A stretch of DNA of 64,000 bases from Acidobacteriota bacterium (GTDB taxonomy: Bacteria; Acidobacteriota; Terriglobia; Bryobacterales; UBA6623), in assembly GCA_027624045.1 (NCBI GenBank), contig JAQBUE010000001.1, positions 24,511-88,510 of the forward strand, given 5' to 3'. The translations under genes were made by a program, and so were the position numbers. Positions 44,691 to 56,237 of this stretch are shown piece by piece. The notes under the pieces were generated by a model. It saw nothing but the letters and a program-made list of their open reading frames with translations, was not told where the DNA came from and searched no databases. Every line of letters starts with the position of its first letter. Positions within the stretch are counted from its first letter, which is position 1.

Positions 44691-46949
44691 CTACGGGTTT
44701 TCGTTGCCGCTCGGCGGGGTTGTTTCGCGGGCCTTGCCGGGGGGCTCGAAGTCTTTGGAGAGGTACCACGTGAAGCGCTGTGAATTTCGAAATAGCTGCG
44801 CGAAGAGCTTCAAACGGCTGGTCACGTCTGCCTCGGCCGTCTGCTTGCTAAAGCTCTCGAGAGCCACATCCCAGTACTTCTGGTCGCCGCTCGTTTCGGC
44901 GATATACGCCAGTCCCGGTGTGAGCATTACTGAGTGGACCGGGGCGTTGCGGAAGATTCGCTTGGCAGGGTCCCATTCGCGGGGATTGCCGAAGATCCAA
45001 TCCGCGGCTCGCCGCATGTAGCCGGGCATCTCGGGGCGGCCGGTATATTGCGAAGCCTGCGCCATGCCTTCGAGAGCGACGCCATACATCCACGACTGAT
45101 GACTGTATCCGCCGCGAAACCGCGGGTCCCACTTGACGCGGGAGTTCAACTCGCGCAGCCGCTCGATGTCACCGTCTTGCCAGGCGTGAACCGAATCGAC
45201 GATCCAGTGCGCCCGGTCAAGGTATTTCTTGTCACCGAAAACCTCGTACGCCTTGAGCATGGCAAACAAGCCGTGACCGATCGATCGCGTGTTGTTGTCA
45301 ATATCGAGGCCGTTGTAATAGACGCCAAAGTCCGCCGACAAGCGAGCCACATCACGAGACCACAGATCGCCGGTGAGTAAGTAGCGGTCGAACAGGCCTT
45401 CGTTCTTATACCCGAACCAGCTCGTTGACGACATGAATTCGCCATTCGAGTAGCGAACCCAGTGGTTGAGCGCCGGTGTTGTGCGCGGTACACCGTCGCG
45501 TCCCGGCTCGGCCTCGTGGTGCGAGATGGACACATCGGCCAGGTACGCGGCGGCCTCGATCGCCATGCGGAACGAGTCCATATCGCCGGTGCGGTAGAAG
45601 TGCAGAAACAGGGCGTGCGGGAAATCGTAGTACTGCGATTCCCAATGAATGCCGTAGTCGGGGCGGCTGTCGTTGGGGATCAGCTTGTGCATGGCATCGC
45701 CGAAATTAAGCATGCCATACTCGTCATAACGCTTGCCGCGGAACTCGAAACCGCGGTCGCGCTTGGCCCGCACCGCGTTACGGCTCTCGACAAGCCAGCG
45801 ATCGTATTTCTGAACAAGCGGCCAATACTCGGGACGAATCACATCGGGCGATGACTCCGCAAGCCGCCCCAGCGCTCCGGTATCGCGCGTGTACCAGCTG
45901 GCGGGCGCAACACCCTGCAGCGGATCATTCAATGCGGCGGAGTAGTCGTTCCCATCGAACGCCAACAGCATCTCGTGGGTCTTGGCAACTCCGGTGTAGA
46001 TGTTTTGGGGCCGCGCCGTGGCCGGAAACAGTTCCAGCCGCAGTGTTTGATCCTGTTGAATCTCGAAACCTTTCGGGTAGAGCTGCCAGAACCATCGCAT
46101 TCCCACCCCAACCAAACCTGCCTGGAACCATCCTTTGCGCCGTGAGTGGGCCGAGAGTTGATCGACCCGCTGGGCCGCTGCCGGCTGCTCGAGGCGGCCT
46201 TCGAGACGAAGTTCGTCGAGACGCACGAAGTCACTCATCTCGCGCCCCTGACGATTGACAAAGGTATAGATCAGGCGGATGTACGGAAGCCCGGCATAGG
46301 CCACGACGCGCAACTCATAGTCGAGAGCGCGTTCCTGCCGGTTCAACCAGCCATGAGCCCCTGTCCGCTTGATAACGACCTTGAGAGGACTTTGCTCTTC
46401 AACCTCGAGCGTGGTTGCCTGCCAGCGGCCGGCGCGGTAGATGCGCTCATCCGAGCGCAAGACGAAGTCGACATCACGCAGCCCCGGCGCCTGGAGCAAG
46501 GGACCGAGGCGGCGCACTTCAAACTCCAAGGGACCGGTATCGACCGTAATGCGGTCGCGGTCTTCGCTGACAAGCAGTGTGGACGGCGGCGGCGGTGGGG
46601 GCGCATCGGAGAGTCTCAGCCGGTAGACGGCCTCCTCATTTGCCGCGACATCAGCGAACAGGTCAGTGTGAATCCATTGAATCGAGCCGTCATCCCACCA
46701 ACGGTTGACGGCCCGAAACGAAGCGGCCACCGGACGTCCATCGGGCCCATACAAGCGCAGGCGTTGCGTGTCGTTTACAAGACCCTTGGGAAGCGGCACC
46801 CCGAATGTGACCGCTTCGCCCCGCCGCGCAACACCGGCAACTTCCCGCAGCCGAATCGGCACATCGAGGGTTTGCGCCGCCAATGGAGCGGACACAAACG
46901 CGAGGCTCGCAAGAATGAGAAGCCGGGCGTGGAGCGGTGTGGCTCGCAT
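44691..46949 (-). CDS. secreted PcRGLX/YetA-like protein (RIFT-barrel + beta-sandwich + alpha/alpha-toroid; putative polysaccharide lyase/hydrolase family)
   Basis: Start at ATG 46949 (MRATPLHARLLILASLAFVSAPLAAQT). The N-terminus PIRLREVAGVARRGEAVTFGVPLPKG...WWDDGSIQW recalls the exo-rhamnogalacturonan-lyase-like family. Assignment is from memory of that family, with no catalytic residues verified. Confidence 0.45.
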   Translation of the reverse strand: MRATPLHARLLILASLAFVSAPLAAQTLDVPIRLREVAGVARRGEAVTFGVPLPKGLVNDTQRLRLYGPDGRPVAASFRAVNRWWDDGSIQWIHTDLFADVAANEEAVYRLRLSDAPPPPPPSTLLVSEDRDRITVDTGPLEFEVRRLGPLLQAPGLRDVDFVLRSDERIYRAGRWQATTLEVEEQSPLKVVIKRTGAHGWLNRQERALDYELRVVAYAGLPYIRLIYTFVNRQGREMSDFVRLDELRLEGRLEQPAAAQRVDQLSAHSRRKGWFQAGLVGVGMRWFWQLYPKGFEIQQDQTLRLELFPATARPQNIYTGVAKTHEMLLAFDGNDYSAALNDPLQGVAPASWYTRDTGALGRLAESSPDVIRPEYWPLVQKYDRWLVESRNAVRAKRDRGFEFRGKRYDEYGMLNFGDAMHKLIPNDSRPDYGIHWESQYYDFPHALFLHFYRTGDMDSFRMAIEAAAYLADVSISHHEAEPGRDGVPRTTPALNHWVRYSNGEFMSSTSWFGYKNEGLFDRYLLTGDLWSRDVARLSADFGVYYNGLDIDNNTRSIGHGLFAMLKAYEVFGDKKYLDRAHWIVDSVHAWQDGDIERLRELNSRVKWDPRFRGGYSHQSWMYGVALEGMAQASQYTGRPEMPGYMRRAADWIFGNPREWDPAKRIFRNAPVHSVMLTPGLAYIAETSGDQKYWDVALESFSKQTAEADVTSRLKLFAQLFRNSQRFTWYLSKDFEPPGKARETTPPSGNENP

Positions 46950-47004
46950 GCGGCCTATGTTAGCGAAGGAGTGGACGTTGTTGCGTGGTTGGTGAGTCGG
47001 TGAG

Positions 47005-47871
47005 TCACAAACTGCGGTCGAGGCGCTCGATACCCTCCCTGATGTGGTCGTAGATGCCGGGCAGGGTAGCGGGATCGACACCGGTTAGCACGATCACCGA
47101 TTCGGATATTGCCCCGACTGCCTGGGACTCGCTCAACCTATTGACCCAAGCCCGGCCAATCCGCGCGCCGATGTGGACAAACCCCACATGCAGGCCGGCG
47201 GCGGAATCGATAGCGGGCGAGTCGCAGTCGTCCCAATGGCGCGCGGCCTGGATGAACACGTCAGGAAAGTCCCACGCCCGCAGAAGTGAGGCGCTGGCTT
47301 CGAACGAATTCACTCCGAGTATCCGCAGTTCCGTTTCGGCCCGACCGAACCGCGGCGCGAGACCGAGAACGGATTCATAGCCCTCCTGCGCCGCGGCCAG
47401 CAAAGCCACCTCGCCGACATTGTGGATCAGACCGGCGACCATCATCTCGTCCGGGTCGGCCGTGTTGTTCAAGCGCGCGACCTCTCTCGCCACGACCGCG
47501 GCGGCCAACGCGAAGCTGCGAGCGAGAAGGGCCGGCTCGCCCCTCGATACCAGCGTCTGCAGCAACTTACCCGCCAGCAGATGACGCAACAGCATCGACA
47601 GGCGCTGATGGCCGATGAGCGTCACCGCCAGCGAGAGAGTCCTGATCTCGGAGCGAACTCCTTAGTAGGCGGAGTTCGCGAGACGCAAGACGTCGGCTGT
47701 CGCGGCCGGGTCCGCCGCAAGAATTTCCTGGAGCCGCTCGCTCGTACAGCGTCTGTCGGCAGTCGCTTCCAAGGCCGCCTGCACGACGCGCCCCGACGCC
47801 GGCAGCTCTTCGAGCTTGAGCAGGGTTTGGCGCACTCGCTCCGCCACAGCGCGACGATTCAGTTGGGTCAA
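47005..47871 (-). pseudogene. HDOD-domain signalling protein interrupted by a single in-frame TAA
   Basis: ORFs 47662-47871 and 47005-47625 are in the same frame. The read-through translation ...ILAADPAATADVLRLANSAY*GVRSEIRTLSLAVTLIGHQRL... is a contiguous HDOD signature with the stop (47662-47664) where HDOD proteins usually have Tyr/Phe. Confidence 0.7.
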
Positions 47872-48112
47872 AGTATCCTGGGCCTTTCAAGGGTTCAGCC
47901 TACGTTTCTCAGCACCTGGCGGTCGAAGTACGCAATAAAGCCGCCATGGCCCGGTTGCGCTTGCTTGCGGTGCCCGCCGCGCCGTTGCCGTACGCTCCCG
48001 CGCCAAGGGGGGCTCACGCCTTGCCACATGGAGAGAGATGCAGGCCTAGAATACTCTTCGACAGGATGGGTGCTAAACCCTATCCCAAAATGGCTGTCAC
48101 AACTGAGCGATT

Positions 48113-49069
48113 TTACGACCCGGCGGACAGCTCGGAAACAATCTCCCGCGCCGTCCGCCGCGCCCGCTCGATCTCATTCGGTCCGTAACTAATGGCGCCG
48201 ACCCGTGAGTGGCCCCCGCCTCCGTAGCGTTCGCAAATGGTGGCGAGGTTGTGGCGGGGTTCCTGGCTGACCCAGGGGTTCGAGCCGACGGAAACCTTCG
48301 TGCGAAACCCGGCGTCCGACACCGAGACGGTGTAGACGCTATCGGGGAACAAGTAATAGGGGATGAACTTGCTGTAGCCGCCGTGCTGGGAATCCGCCAA
48401 GTCGAAGAACACCGTATTGCCGGTACGCTTGCTGCGGCCGCGAATCAGCTCGATCGATTCCAAATGCCGCTGGAACAACTCCTGGAAGCACTCCACGACC
48501 CACGGCAAGGCCGCAATCTCATCAAGCGAGTACTTTGTCAGCATCGGGATGATGCGTGCGCTACGGTTCTGTTCGGCTGCTTCCAGCACGAGAGTCAGCT
48601 TCATCGCCGCCGCTTTCATCTCCACGGCCTCTCGGGCGCTCTCGTACTGCGCCCCGTCGATGATGTCGGCCCAGCGAATCAGCTCTTCCAGTCCCGCGGG
48701 ATCGAACCCAAACTTCTCCCGCGCGATCGTGGCAATGAACTTCGTGCAGGACTTGAAGCTTGCGTCGTAGAACTTCCGTCCGCTCGTATCGCGCTCGAAG
48801 TGCTCGCCGTCCTGCTCGCAAAGGAAGGCGCTCTGATGATGATCGAACCACCATGTCAACTTGTCAGAAGCACAGTACTTGAAATCGACGATGACGTTCT
48901 CATCTCCATCGAATAGCGCTTCGTCGAAGAGTTGATCGGCGCGGTGAAACAGACCTGTCAGCACGAACTCGGCATTGGCATCGAAACGCTGCCGGAAGAA
49001 ATCCGCGAAGACGGCGGCTGAACAAGCGCCATCGAAGCAACGGTCGTGATGGAAGAGGCGGACGCGCAT
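48113..49069 (-). CDS. DHH/DHHA1 family phosphoesterase
   Basis: Motif I HHDRCFDG, motif III FDHHQS (DHH) and the DHHA1 motif YGGGGHSRVGA. Confidence 0.7.
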   Translation of the reverse strand: MRVRLFHHDRCFDGACSAAVFADFFRQRFDANAEFVLTGLFHRADQLFDEALFDGDENVIVDFKYCASDKLTWWFDHHQSAFLCEQDGEHFERDTSGRKFYDASFKSCTKFIATIAREKFGFDPAGLEELIRWADIIDGAQYESAREAVEMKAAAMKLTLVLEAAEQNRSARIIPMLTKYSLDEIAALPWVVECFQELFQRHLESIELIRGRSKRTGNTVFFDLADSQHGGYSKFIPYYLFPDSVYTVSVSDAGFRTKVSVGSNPWVSQEPRHNLATICERYGGGGHSRVGAISYGPNEIERARRTAREIVSELSAGS

Positions 49070-49166
49070 AGCGGGAAAACCTCATAGAATCTCCTATTTA
49101 TGGCAAAAGAGCAACCAGCGGTCCGCAAGCCCCGTAATTGAGGGGGGAGAGAGGTGGGGTTCATGA

Positions 49167-50627
<1,461 letters not shown>

Positions 50628-50668
50628 CGGCTGCGCGGCGTACGCGCAGGCAGGCCGCAAACCTGGTC

Positions 50669-51439
50669 ATGGTTCCGCCTCACCTCATCGCCCGGCTGCA
50701 GCACGAGGAAAACCTCCGCCAGCAGTTCAACCAGTGGCTGGCTTCCGGGCAAGCGGCGCGGATGGAAGCTTGGCAGCGTCCGGCCGCGGAAAAACTACTG
50801 GACCGCATGGACCTCGGCCCCCACGACCGCACGCTCGAAATCGGCTGCGGGGAAGGCTGGGCCGCACGCCTCGTAGCGCAGCGCAGCCCCGACGGAGCAG
50901 TGGTCGGCATCGATCTCGCTGACGACCTGATCGCTTCGGCGCGTGCCAAGTCGATCGCCTACCAGAACATTCTCTTCGCCCCCGGTTCCGCCGAAGAGAT
51001 CCCCTGGGCCGAAGACTACTTCACGCACGTCGTCAGCATTGAAAGCGCGTACTATTGGCACTCACCCGAGCTAGCGTTCCGCGAGATGTTCCGGGTGACG
51101 GCTTGGGGCGGCCGCGTTTTCTTGTTGATGTCGTTCTACGCAGAGAACCTGTATTCGCTCCACTGGAAGGAGTACGCTCCGGCTGAGATCCATCTGCGCT
51201 CGACCGCCGAGTGGAAAGAAGTCTTCTCACTGCTGGGATTCGTGGACGTCGAGCACGACCGCATCCCCGATGACACTCCGGTCCCGCCCGACTTCGAACC
51301 CGACATTCACTGGCGCTCCCGCGACGAGAAAGAAGCCTTCAACCGCGAAGGGGCGTTGCTGATCACCGCGCGCAAACCGCCGATCCCGGAGCCGGGACCT
51401 CTGGCGAGCGAGCCGAACCCGCTACGGATACTTAACTGA
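50669..51439 (+). CDS. class I SAM-dependent methyltransferase
   Basis: Start at ATG 50669. Motif I TLEIGCGEGW, and post-I VVGIDLADD. Confidence 0.8.
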   Translation: MVPPHLIARLQHEENLRQQFNQWLASGQAARMEAWQRPAAEKLLDRMDLGPHDRTLEIGCGEGWAARLVAQRSPDGAVVGIDLADDLIASARAKSIAYQNILFAPGSAEEIPWAEDYFTHVVSIESAYYWHSPELAFREMFRVTAWGGRVFLLMSFYAENLYSLHWKEYAPAEIHLRSTAEWKEVFSLLGFVDVEHDRIPDDTPVPPDFEPDIHWRSRDEKEAFNREGALLITARKPPIPEPGPLASEPNPLRILN

Positions 51440-51490
51440 ACCTGCCAGGGACGGCAATGAAGGGCCAGTTTCAGTCGCTAGCTCGCTATA

Positions 51491-52084
51491 ATGTTTGATC
51501 CTGGCTCGGGAGACTGCATGCCCTACTTGCAAAACCAATTTGAACGAAATTTCATGACGACGTCGGTTGACTACGTTTTCAACTGGGCGCGCAAATCGGC
51601 CATCTGGCCTCTGACGTTTGGGTTGGCGTGCTGCGCGATCGAGATGATCGCCTCATCCACGTCGCGATTCGACATCGCTCGCTTTGGCGCGGAAGTCTTC
51701 CGCCCCAGCCCCCGGCAGTCGGACCTGATGATTGTGGCCGGCACGGTGACGCTGAAGATGGCGCCGGTTCTAAAGCGCATCTGGGACCAGATGCCGGAGC
51801 CGAAGTGGTGCATCTCGATGGGCGCTTGCTCGTCGGTCGGCGGCCCATTCAATACGTACGCCGTGCTGCAGGGCGTTGACAAGATTGTCCCCGTCGATGT
51901 GTATGTGATCGGCTGCCCGCCCCGCCCGGAGAATCTGTTCTACGCTCTACTCAAGCTGCAGGACAAGATCGACCGCATGACCACACTTACGAAGCGGCCG
52001 ACCCAAATTCGCCTGGATGAATCGATGTTCGAAGACTTCAAGAGCCGCGTCATGATCGCGCAGACACAGAACCCCGCTGCGTGA
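51491..52084 (+). CDS. nuoB: NADH-quinone oxidoreductase subunit B (NuoB/Nqo6 family), orphan
   Basis: [34 protein letters not shown] and VIGCPPRPE carry the N2 cluster cysteines. The start is uncertain (51491, 51518 or 51554). Confidence 0.85.
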   Translation: MFDPGSGDCMPYLQNQFERNFMTTSVDYVFNWARKSAIWPLTFGLACCAIEMIASSTSRFDIARFGAEVFRPSPRQSDLMIVAGTVTLKMAPVLKRIWDQMPEPKWCISMGACSSVGGPFNTYAVLQGVDKIVPVDVYVIGCPPRPENLFYALLKLQDKIDRMTTLTKRPTQIRLDESMFEDFKSRVMIAQTQNPAA

Positions 52085-52085
52085 T

Positions 52086-52107
52086 CGCCCCTCGGGAATG
52101 AGGGGCG
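52086..52107 (+). terminator. GC-rich stem-loop after nuoB
   Basis: CGCCCCTC-gggaat-GAGGGGCG perfect 8-bp stem starting 2 nt after the stop. No U-tract. Confidence 0.3.
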
Positions 52108-52208
52108 TGGCTCGCGAATTCACATCAGAAGAAGTACTACAGGCTGGCTAAGGCGAACAGCCGGGCCGGTTTGGCTGCTTGAATTGTTACGATTCGGAGC
52201 GGTAGGCT

Positions 52209-53189
52209 GTGTTCTTGTTTTCACCCAGCGAGAAGAAGAAGTGGGCGCCGGCGCTGCTGCTGTTGCTCGTCCTGGCCGGCTGCGGGATCCGTGGCCGGCA
52301 TGTGAGGAGTGCTCCGCCGCCGGTGCCGCCTGGAGCGACCGTCGAACCGGCTGAGCCGATCGACCCAGGCGTTCCCGCTCCGCATATTCCCGCCGAATCG
52401 GCGCGCGTGGCGGTGCCTGGGCACGCGACTCCGCCAGCCCTGCCGCGCCAGCCCAATCCTGTTCGGGTGATTCCAGCGGCGCCCGAAGACCCCGCCACAC
52501 TGTTTCGGGAACACGTCTATCAGAGTCCCGGCAGGCAGAAACTGCCCTACCGCCTGCTCGAACCTTGGAACTTCGAACCGGACAAGGACTACCCGCTTGT
52601 GATTTTTCTGCACGGGTCAAGAGCTCGGGGATCGGACAACCGGCGGCATCTGAACGGCAGCAGCGAGCCGGGCGTCTCGTTGTGGACGTCGAACGACGTA
52701 CAGCGCGAATATCCGAGCTTCGTGCTCGCCCCGCAATCACGGACGGAATGGGTGAATAGTTGGGCTCTGGTTGAGCGCCCGGCGCATAGAAAAGAACCGC
52801 TCGAGCTGGTACTGGAACTGGTCGAGAGCCTGAAGCAAAAGTACAATATCGATCCGCGCCGAATCTACATAACGGGTGTTTCGATGGGTGGATTCGGAGT
52901 GTGGAGCGCGATCACGCGGCATCCGACGTATTTCGCAGGTGCGGTGGCGGTATGCGGCGGCGGGAGCCCGCGGCTGGTCCAGCCGAACCCGACCCCGGTA
53001 TGGGCGTTTCACGGGGCCAAGGACCGGGTTGTGTCACCGCGCCGCTCGCGGGAGATGGTCGCCGCCGTGCGCCGCGTGGGTGGGGAGCCGAGGTACACCG
53101 AATACAAGGATGTGAGGCACGACAGCTGGAAGCGGGCCTTTAGCGAACCGGAGCTTGTCCCCTGGCTGTTTGCGCGACGGCTTTGGTAA
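52209..53189 (+). CDS. alpha/beta-hydrolase lipoprotein (esterase / prolyl-oligopeptidase-family-like)
   Basis: GTG start with lipobox LLVLAGC. Nucleophile elbow GVSMGG. PLVIFLHGS and FHGAKDRVV blocks. Confidence 0.75.
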   Translation: MFLFSPSEKKKWAPALLLLLVLAGCGIRGRHVRSAPPPVPPGATVEPAEPIDPGVPAPHIPAESARVAVPGHATPPALPRQPNPVRVIPAAPEDPATLFREHVYQSPGRQKLPYRLLEPWNFEPDKDYPLVIFLHGSRARGSDNRRHLNGSSEPGVSLWTSNDVQREYPSFVLAPQSRTEWVNSWALVERPAHRKEPLELVLELVESLKQKYNIDPRRIYITGVSMGGFGVWSAITRHPTYFAGAVAVCGGGSPRLVQPNPTPVWAFHGAKDRVVSPRRSREMVAAVRRVGGEPRYTEYKDVRHDSWKRAFSEPELVPWLFARRLW

Positions 53190-53303
53190 GTGGGGCCGCC
53201 GGCAGTGCCGGATTCATCCATGGCGGGAAAGTGGAGCAATCCCTGACGGTAACGGTTCTGTTTCGGGTTTCGTGCCCAGTAGCCCACTGTTAACGTAAGC
53301 GCG

Positions 53304-54005
53304 ATGCGATCGCTCTGGAACAGGTTTCGCCGCAAACGTCGCCGGCGGCTGCCGCGGTTCGTACGCTGGACTCTTTATCTCATCCTCGGGTTCTACGCCT
53401 TCTGCAGCATCGCGCTGATCGGTCTGCGTTGGTTCGTGCCGGTTGCCACGGGGGTCCAGATACAGCGGCGGGTCGAGTCGTTTTTTGAAGAAGGCGCCTA
53501 CCAGCTCGTACAGGTATTCATCCCGCTTGAGCAGATCCCTCTTGATTTGCAGCGCGCGGTGATTGCCGCTGAAGATGGACGCTTCTACGAGCACAGCGGA
53601 ATCGACTGGCTCGAACTCGAAAAGGTCTTTGAGGAGGCGGAAACGCGGGGCCGGCTGCGGGGCGGTTCGACGATCTCGCAACAACTCGTCAAGAACCTGT
53701 TTTTGACGACCCACCGCTGGCCGGTTCGCAAAGTGCTGGAGGTGTCCCTCGTCCCGATTGAGGAGTTTGTGCTTTCCAAGGATCGCATCCTGGAGCTTTA
53801 CCTGAACTACATCGAGTGGGGCCCTGGAATCTGGGGTGTGGAGGCGGCATCGCGGTACCACTACGGAATCGCCGCCTCGCAACTCAACCGCGGCCAGTCG
53901 GCTCGCCTAGCCGCGTGTATCCCCGATCCGCGGCGGCGGCGGCCGTCTCAGATGGACACCTACAGCGAAATTATTCTGGAGCGGATGCGTAGCAGGGGCT
54001 GGTGA
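53304..54005 (+). CDS. mtgA: monofunctional biosynthetic peptidoglycan transglycosylase
   Basis: GT51 motifs AAEDGRFYEHSGIDW, GGSTISQQLVKN, RKVLEV and RILELYLNYIEWG. One N-terminal TM helix. Confidence 0.9.
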   Translation: MRSLWNRFRRKRRRRLPRFVRWTLYLILGFYAFCSIALIGLRWFVPVATGVQIQRRVESFFEEGAYQLVQVFIPLEQIPLDLQRAVIAAEDGRFYEHSGIDWLELEKVFEEAETRGRLRGGSTISQQLVKNLFLTTHRWPVRKVLEVSLVPIEEFVLSKDRILELYLNYIEWGPGIWGVEAASRYHYGIAASQLNRGQSARLAACIPDPRRRRPSQMDTYSEIILERMRSRGW

Positions 54006-54132
54006 TGCGGCGGCCGCGGGCCGATTATAGACACGTTCAGCGAAACGCCGGGATGAGCCCGGGGGGTCAGGCATAGGCCTAATGACCGATATCCCCACAG
54101 CGCTCGTCTTCGGTATAATTCAGCGATCAGCA

Positions 54133-55401
54133 ATGGCATTCCGAAGCGATAGCGCGAGACGCTTCCGGGGCCGCGTCAGCACCTTGGCGGCGGCCTCGCT
54201 GATGTTCACTACAGCCGCCTTCGGCCAGCGCATGATGCGTGGGTCGTTGGAAGACGGCTCGATACGGCTTATCAACTCCGACCGCGCCGTCCTATCTTCG
54301 GAGGAGCACCGCGACGACGTTCCCTGCGAAGTGCTGCCGTCCAAACCGAAGCTCGGTTTTGACCTGCAGTTCACCGCGGGATACCTGGTAACGATTCCCC
54401 TCAAAGCCCTAGCCGGTGACGGCAACTCACTGCGCATTCTGTTTCGCGTCGAGCCTCTCGACGGCGAGGGTGAGAAATATTACTTCTCGGATAGCTATTC
54501 CGTCCCATTCATTGCCGGCGAGGCCGAAGGGGAGACCACGATACCGGGCCGGTTTAAGCTAGGGGCCGGACGCTACCGGGTGGATTGGCTGATGCGCGAC
54601 CGTGGTGAGAAGGTCTGTTCAGCCCACTGGGAGATCGAATGTTCCGTGCCGGGCATCGTTGAGCAGCAGGCAGGCACGCGGCGGCCTTTCACCGTGGGGC
54701 CGAACGAGGTGGAACTATTTCTGGAGGAACCGCCGGTCCAGCGGGAGAACAAGGACAAACTGTTGCATATGAAATTGCTCGTCAACTTCACACCTACCGA
54801 TTCCGGCGAGGTCAACTTGCGCCCCTACGACCTCCAAAACATCATCTCGATCGTCCGCGCAATCTCCCGTGAGCCACGCATCGGGTCGTTCAGCCTAGTT
54901 GGTTTCAACATGCAGGAAGAGCGCGTGATTTTTGAGCAAGAGAACGTGCGGCGTATCGATTTCCCAGCCCTCGGTGACGCGGTCGAGTCGATCGCGGGCG
55001 GCATGATTGATTTCGCTCAACTCCAAGACGAAGAAAGCGGCTCACGCTTCCTGACTGAGTTGTTCACTAAACATCTCGGACCGCAAGACCCGCAGCCGGA
55101 TGCCGTGATGATTATCGGCCCGAAACTGATGATCGAGAAGAAGATCTCGCGGAAAATGCTGGCGGAGAATCCACGCATCCACGCCCCGGTCTTCTACCTC
55201 ATCTACAACACCGACCCCTACGTGCATCCTTGGCAGGACGCCATCAGCGGAGTCATCAAGATCTATCGCGGCCTGGAGTATACCGTCTCGCTGCCCAAAG
55301 ACTTTGGCCGGGCCATGAAGGATATGATGGGACGTGTGATAGGGCAGCAACAGGTATCACGCAACGCACTGATCGAACCGGAAGTCACGGCGACGCAGTA
55401 G
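54133..55401 (+). CDS. hypothetical secreted protein; C-terminal half possibly vWA/Rossmann-like
   Basis: Start at ATG 54133 with a signal peptide ending AFGQ. No recognised catalytic motif. The C-terminal alternating beta-alpha pattern (LLVNFTPTD..., AVMIIGPK...) is the only basis for the fold guess. Confidence 0.45.
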   Translation: MAFRSDSARRFRGRVSTLAAASLMFTTAAFGQRMMRGSLEDGSIRLINSDRAVLSSEEHRDDVPCEVLPSKPKLGFDLQFTAGYLVTIPLKALAGDGNSLRILFRVEPLDGEGEKYYFSDSYSVPFIAGEAEGETTIPGRFKLGAGRYRVDWLMRDRGEKVCSAHWEIECSVPGIVEQQAGTRRPFTVGPNEVELFLEEPPVQRENKDKLLHMKLLVNFTPTDSGEVNLRPYDLQNIISIVRAISREPRIGSFSLVGFNMQEERVIFEQENVRRIDFPALGDAVESIAGGMIDFAQLQDEESGSRFLTELFTKHLGPQDPQPDAVMIIGPKLMIEKKISRKMLAENPRIHAPVFYLIYNTDPYVHPWQDAISGVIKIYRGLEYTVSLPKDFGRAMKDMMGRVIGQQQVSRNALIEPEVTATQ

Positions 55402-55464
55402 GATTCGCTCGTAAGACTCCGCCTTCCGGCGGAAGTTCATCGAAACAAATCCAGGGGAAAACAC

Positions 55465-56133
55465 ATGAAAATCGTCGTCATCATTCTGTTGCTCTGTATC
55501 GGCGCCTGCGGAGCCGTGGGCTTCGGCATCTACTATTTCGGAAAACAGGCCGTCGAATCGGTCGCCAGCGAAGTCGAGCAGACCACCGGAGAAGGCGGCA
55601 ACATGGACAACCCCCTGGGCGCTTTGAGTGCTTTGGGTGGCATGGCGAACGACCTGCAAGGCATGCAGGAAACCTTGGAGAACATGGAGGCGGTCGAGCC
55701 TCTCGCTTTCCAAACGATCATTGATGAGGTCTTGCCGGAGCCGCCTCCCACTTGGACCGCCAAGGATCCGCGCGGCTCCTCGCAGAGCATGGGCGACTTC
55801 AAATACACCCAAGCCAGCCGAGAGTACGCCAGCGCCGACGGCGCTAAAACGGTCACCGTGACCGTGGCGGATTGGGCGTTCAACCGCGCCATCTACATGC
55901 CCTTCCTACTGGCGGCCAACTTCAGCCAGGAAACCACCGAGGGCTACAACAAAGGGATCAAGGTCGGCGAAGACCCCGGGCGCGAAGAGTTCACCTACGC
56001 GAGCAATCGCGGCAAGCGGTCGGTACTTTACGGCAAGCGCTTTAACGTCGAGATCGACGGCCGGGGCATTGAGCCGACGGACCTCGAAGAATGGTACGGG
56101 CTGGTCCGCAAGAGCAATCTGCCTACCCCGTAG
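55465..56133 (+). CDS. hypothetical N-terminally membrane-anchored protein
   Basis: 222 aa with one N-terminal TM helix (IVVIILLLCIGACGAVGFGIYYF). 63-nt gap after the preceding gene, same strand. Confidence 0.45.
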   Translation: MKIVVIILLLCIGACGAVGFGIYYFGKQAVESVASEVEQTTGEGGNMDNPLGALSALGGMANDLQGMQETLENMEAVEPLAFQTIIDEVLPEPPPTWTAKDPRGSSQSMGDFKYTQASREYASADGAKTVTVTVADWAFNRAIYMPFLLAANFSQETTEGYNKGIKVGEDPGREEFTYASNRGKRSVLYGKRFNVEIDGRGIEPTDLEEWYGLVRKSNLPTP

Positions 56134-56237
56134 GGAAACCTTTCGCTAGGCCAGGACCGCTCCCTGCCGGTCGCGGCTCGGCTAGAAGATGGTTGCCGAA
56201 CTGTGGATGATTCAGGCGGGAGAACTGACGTTTCAGG

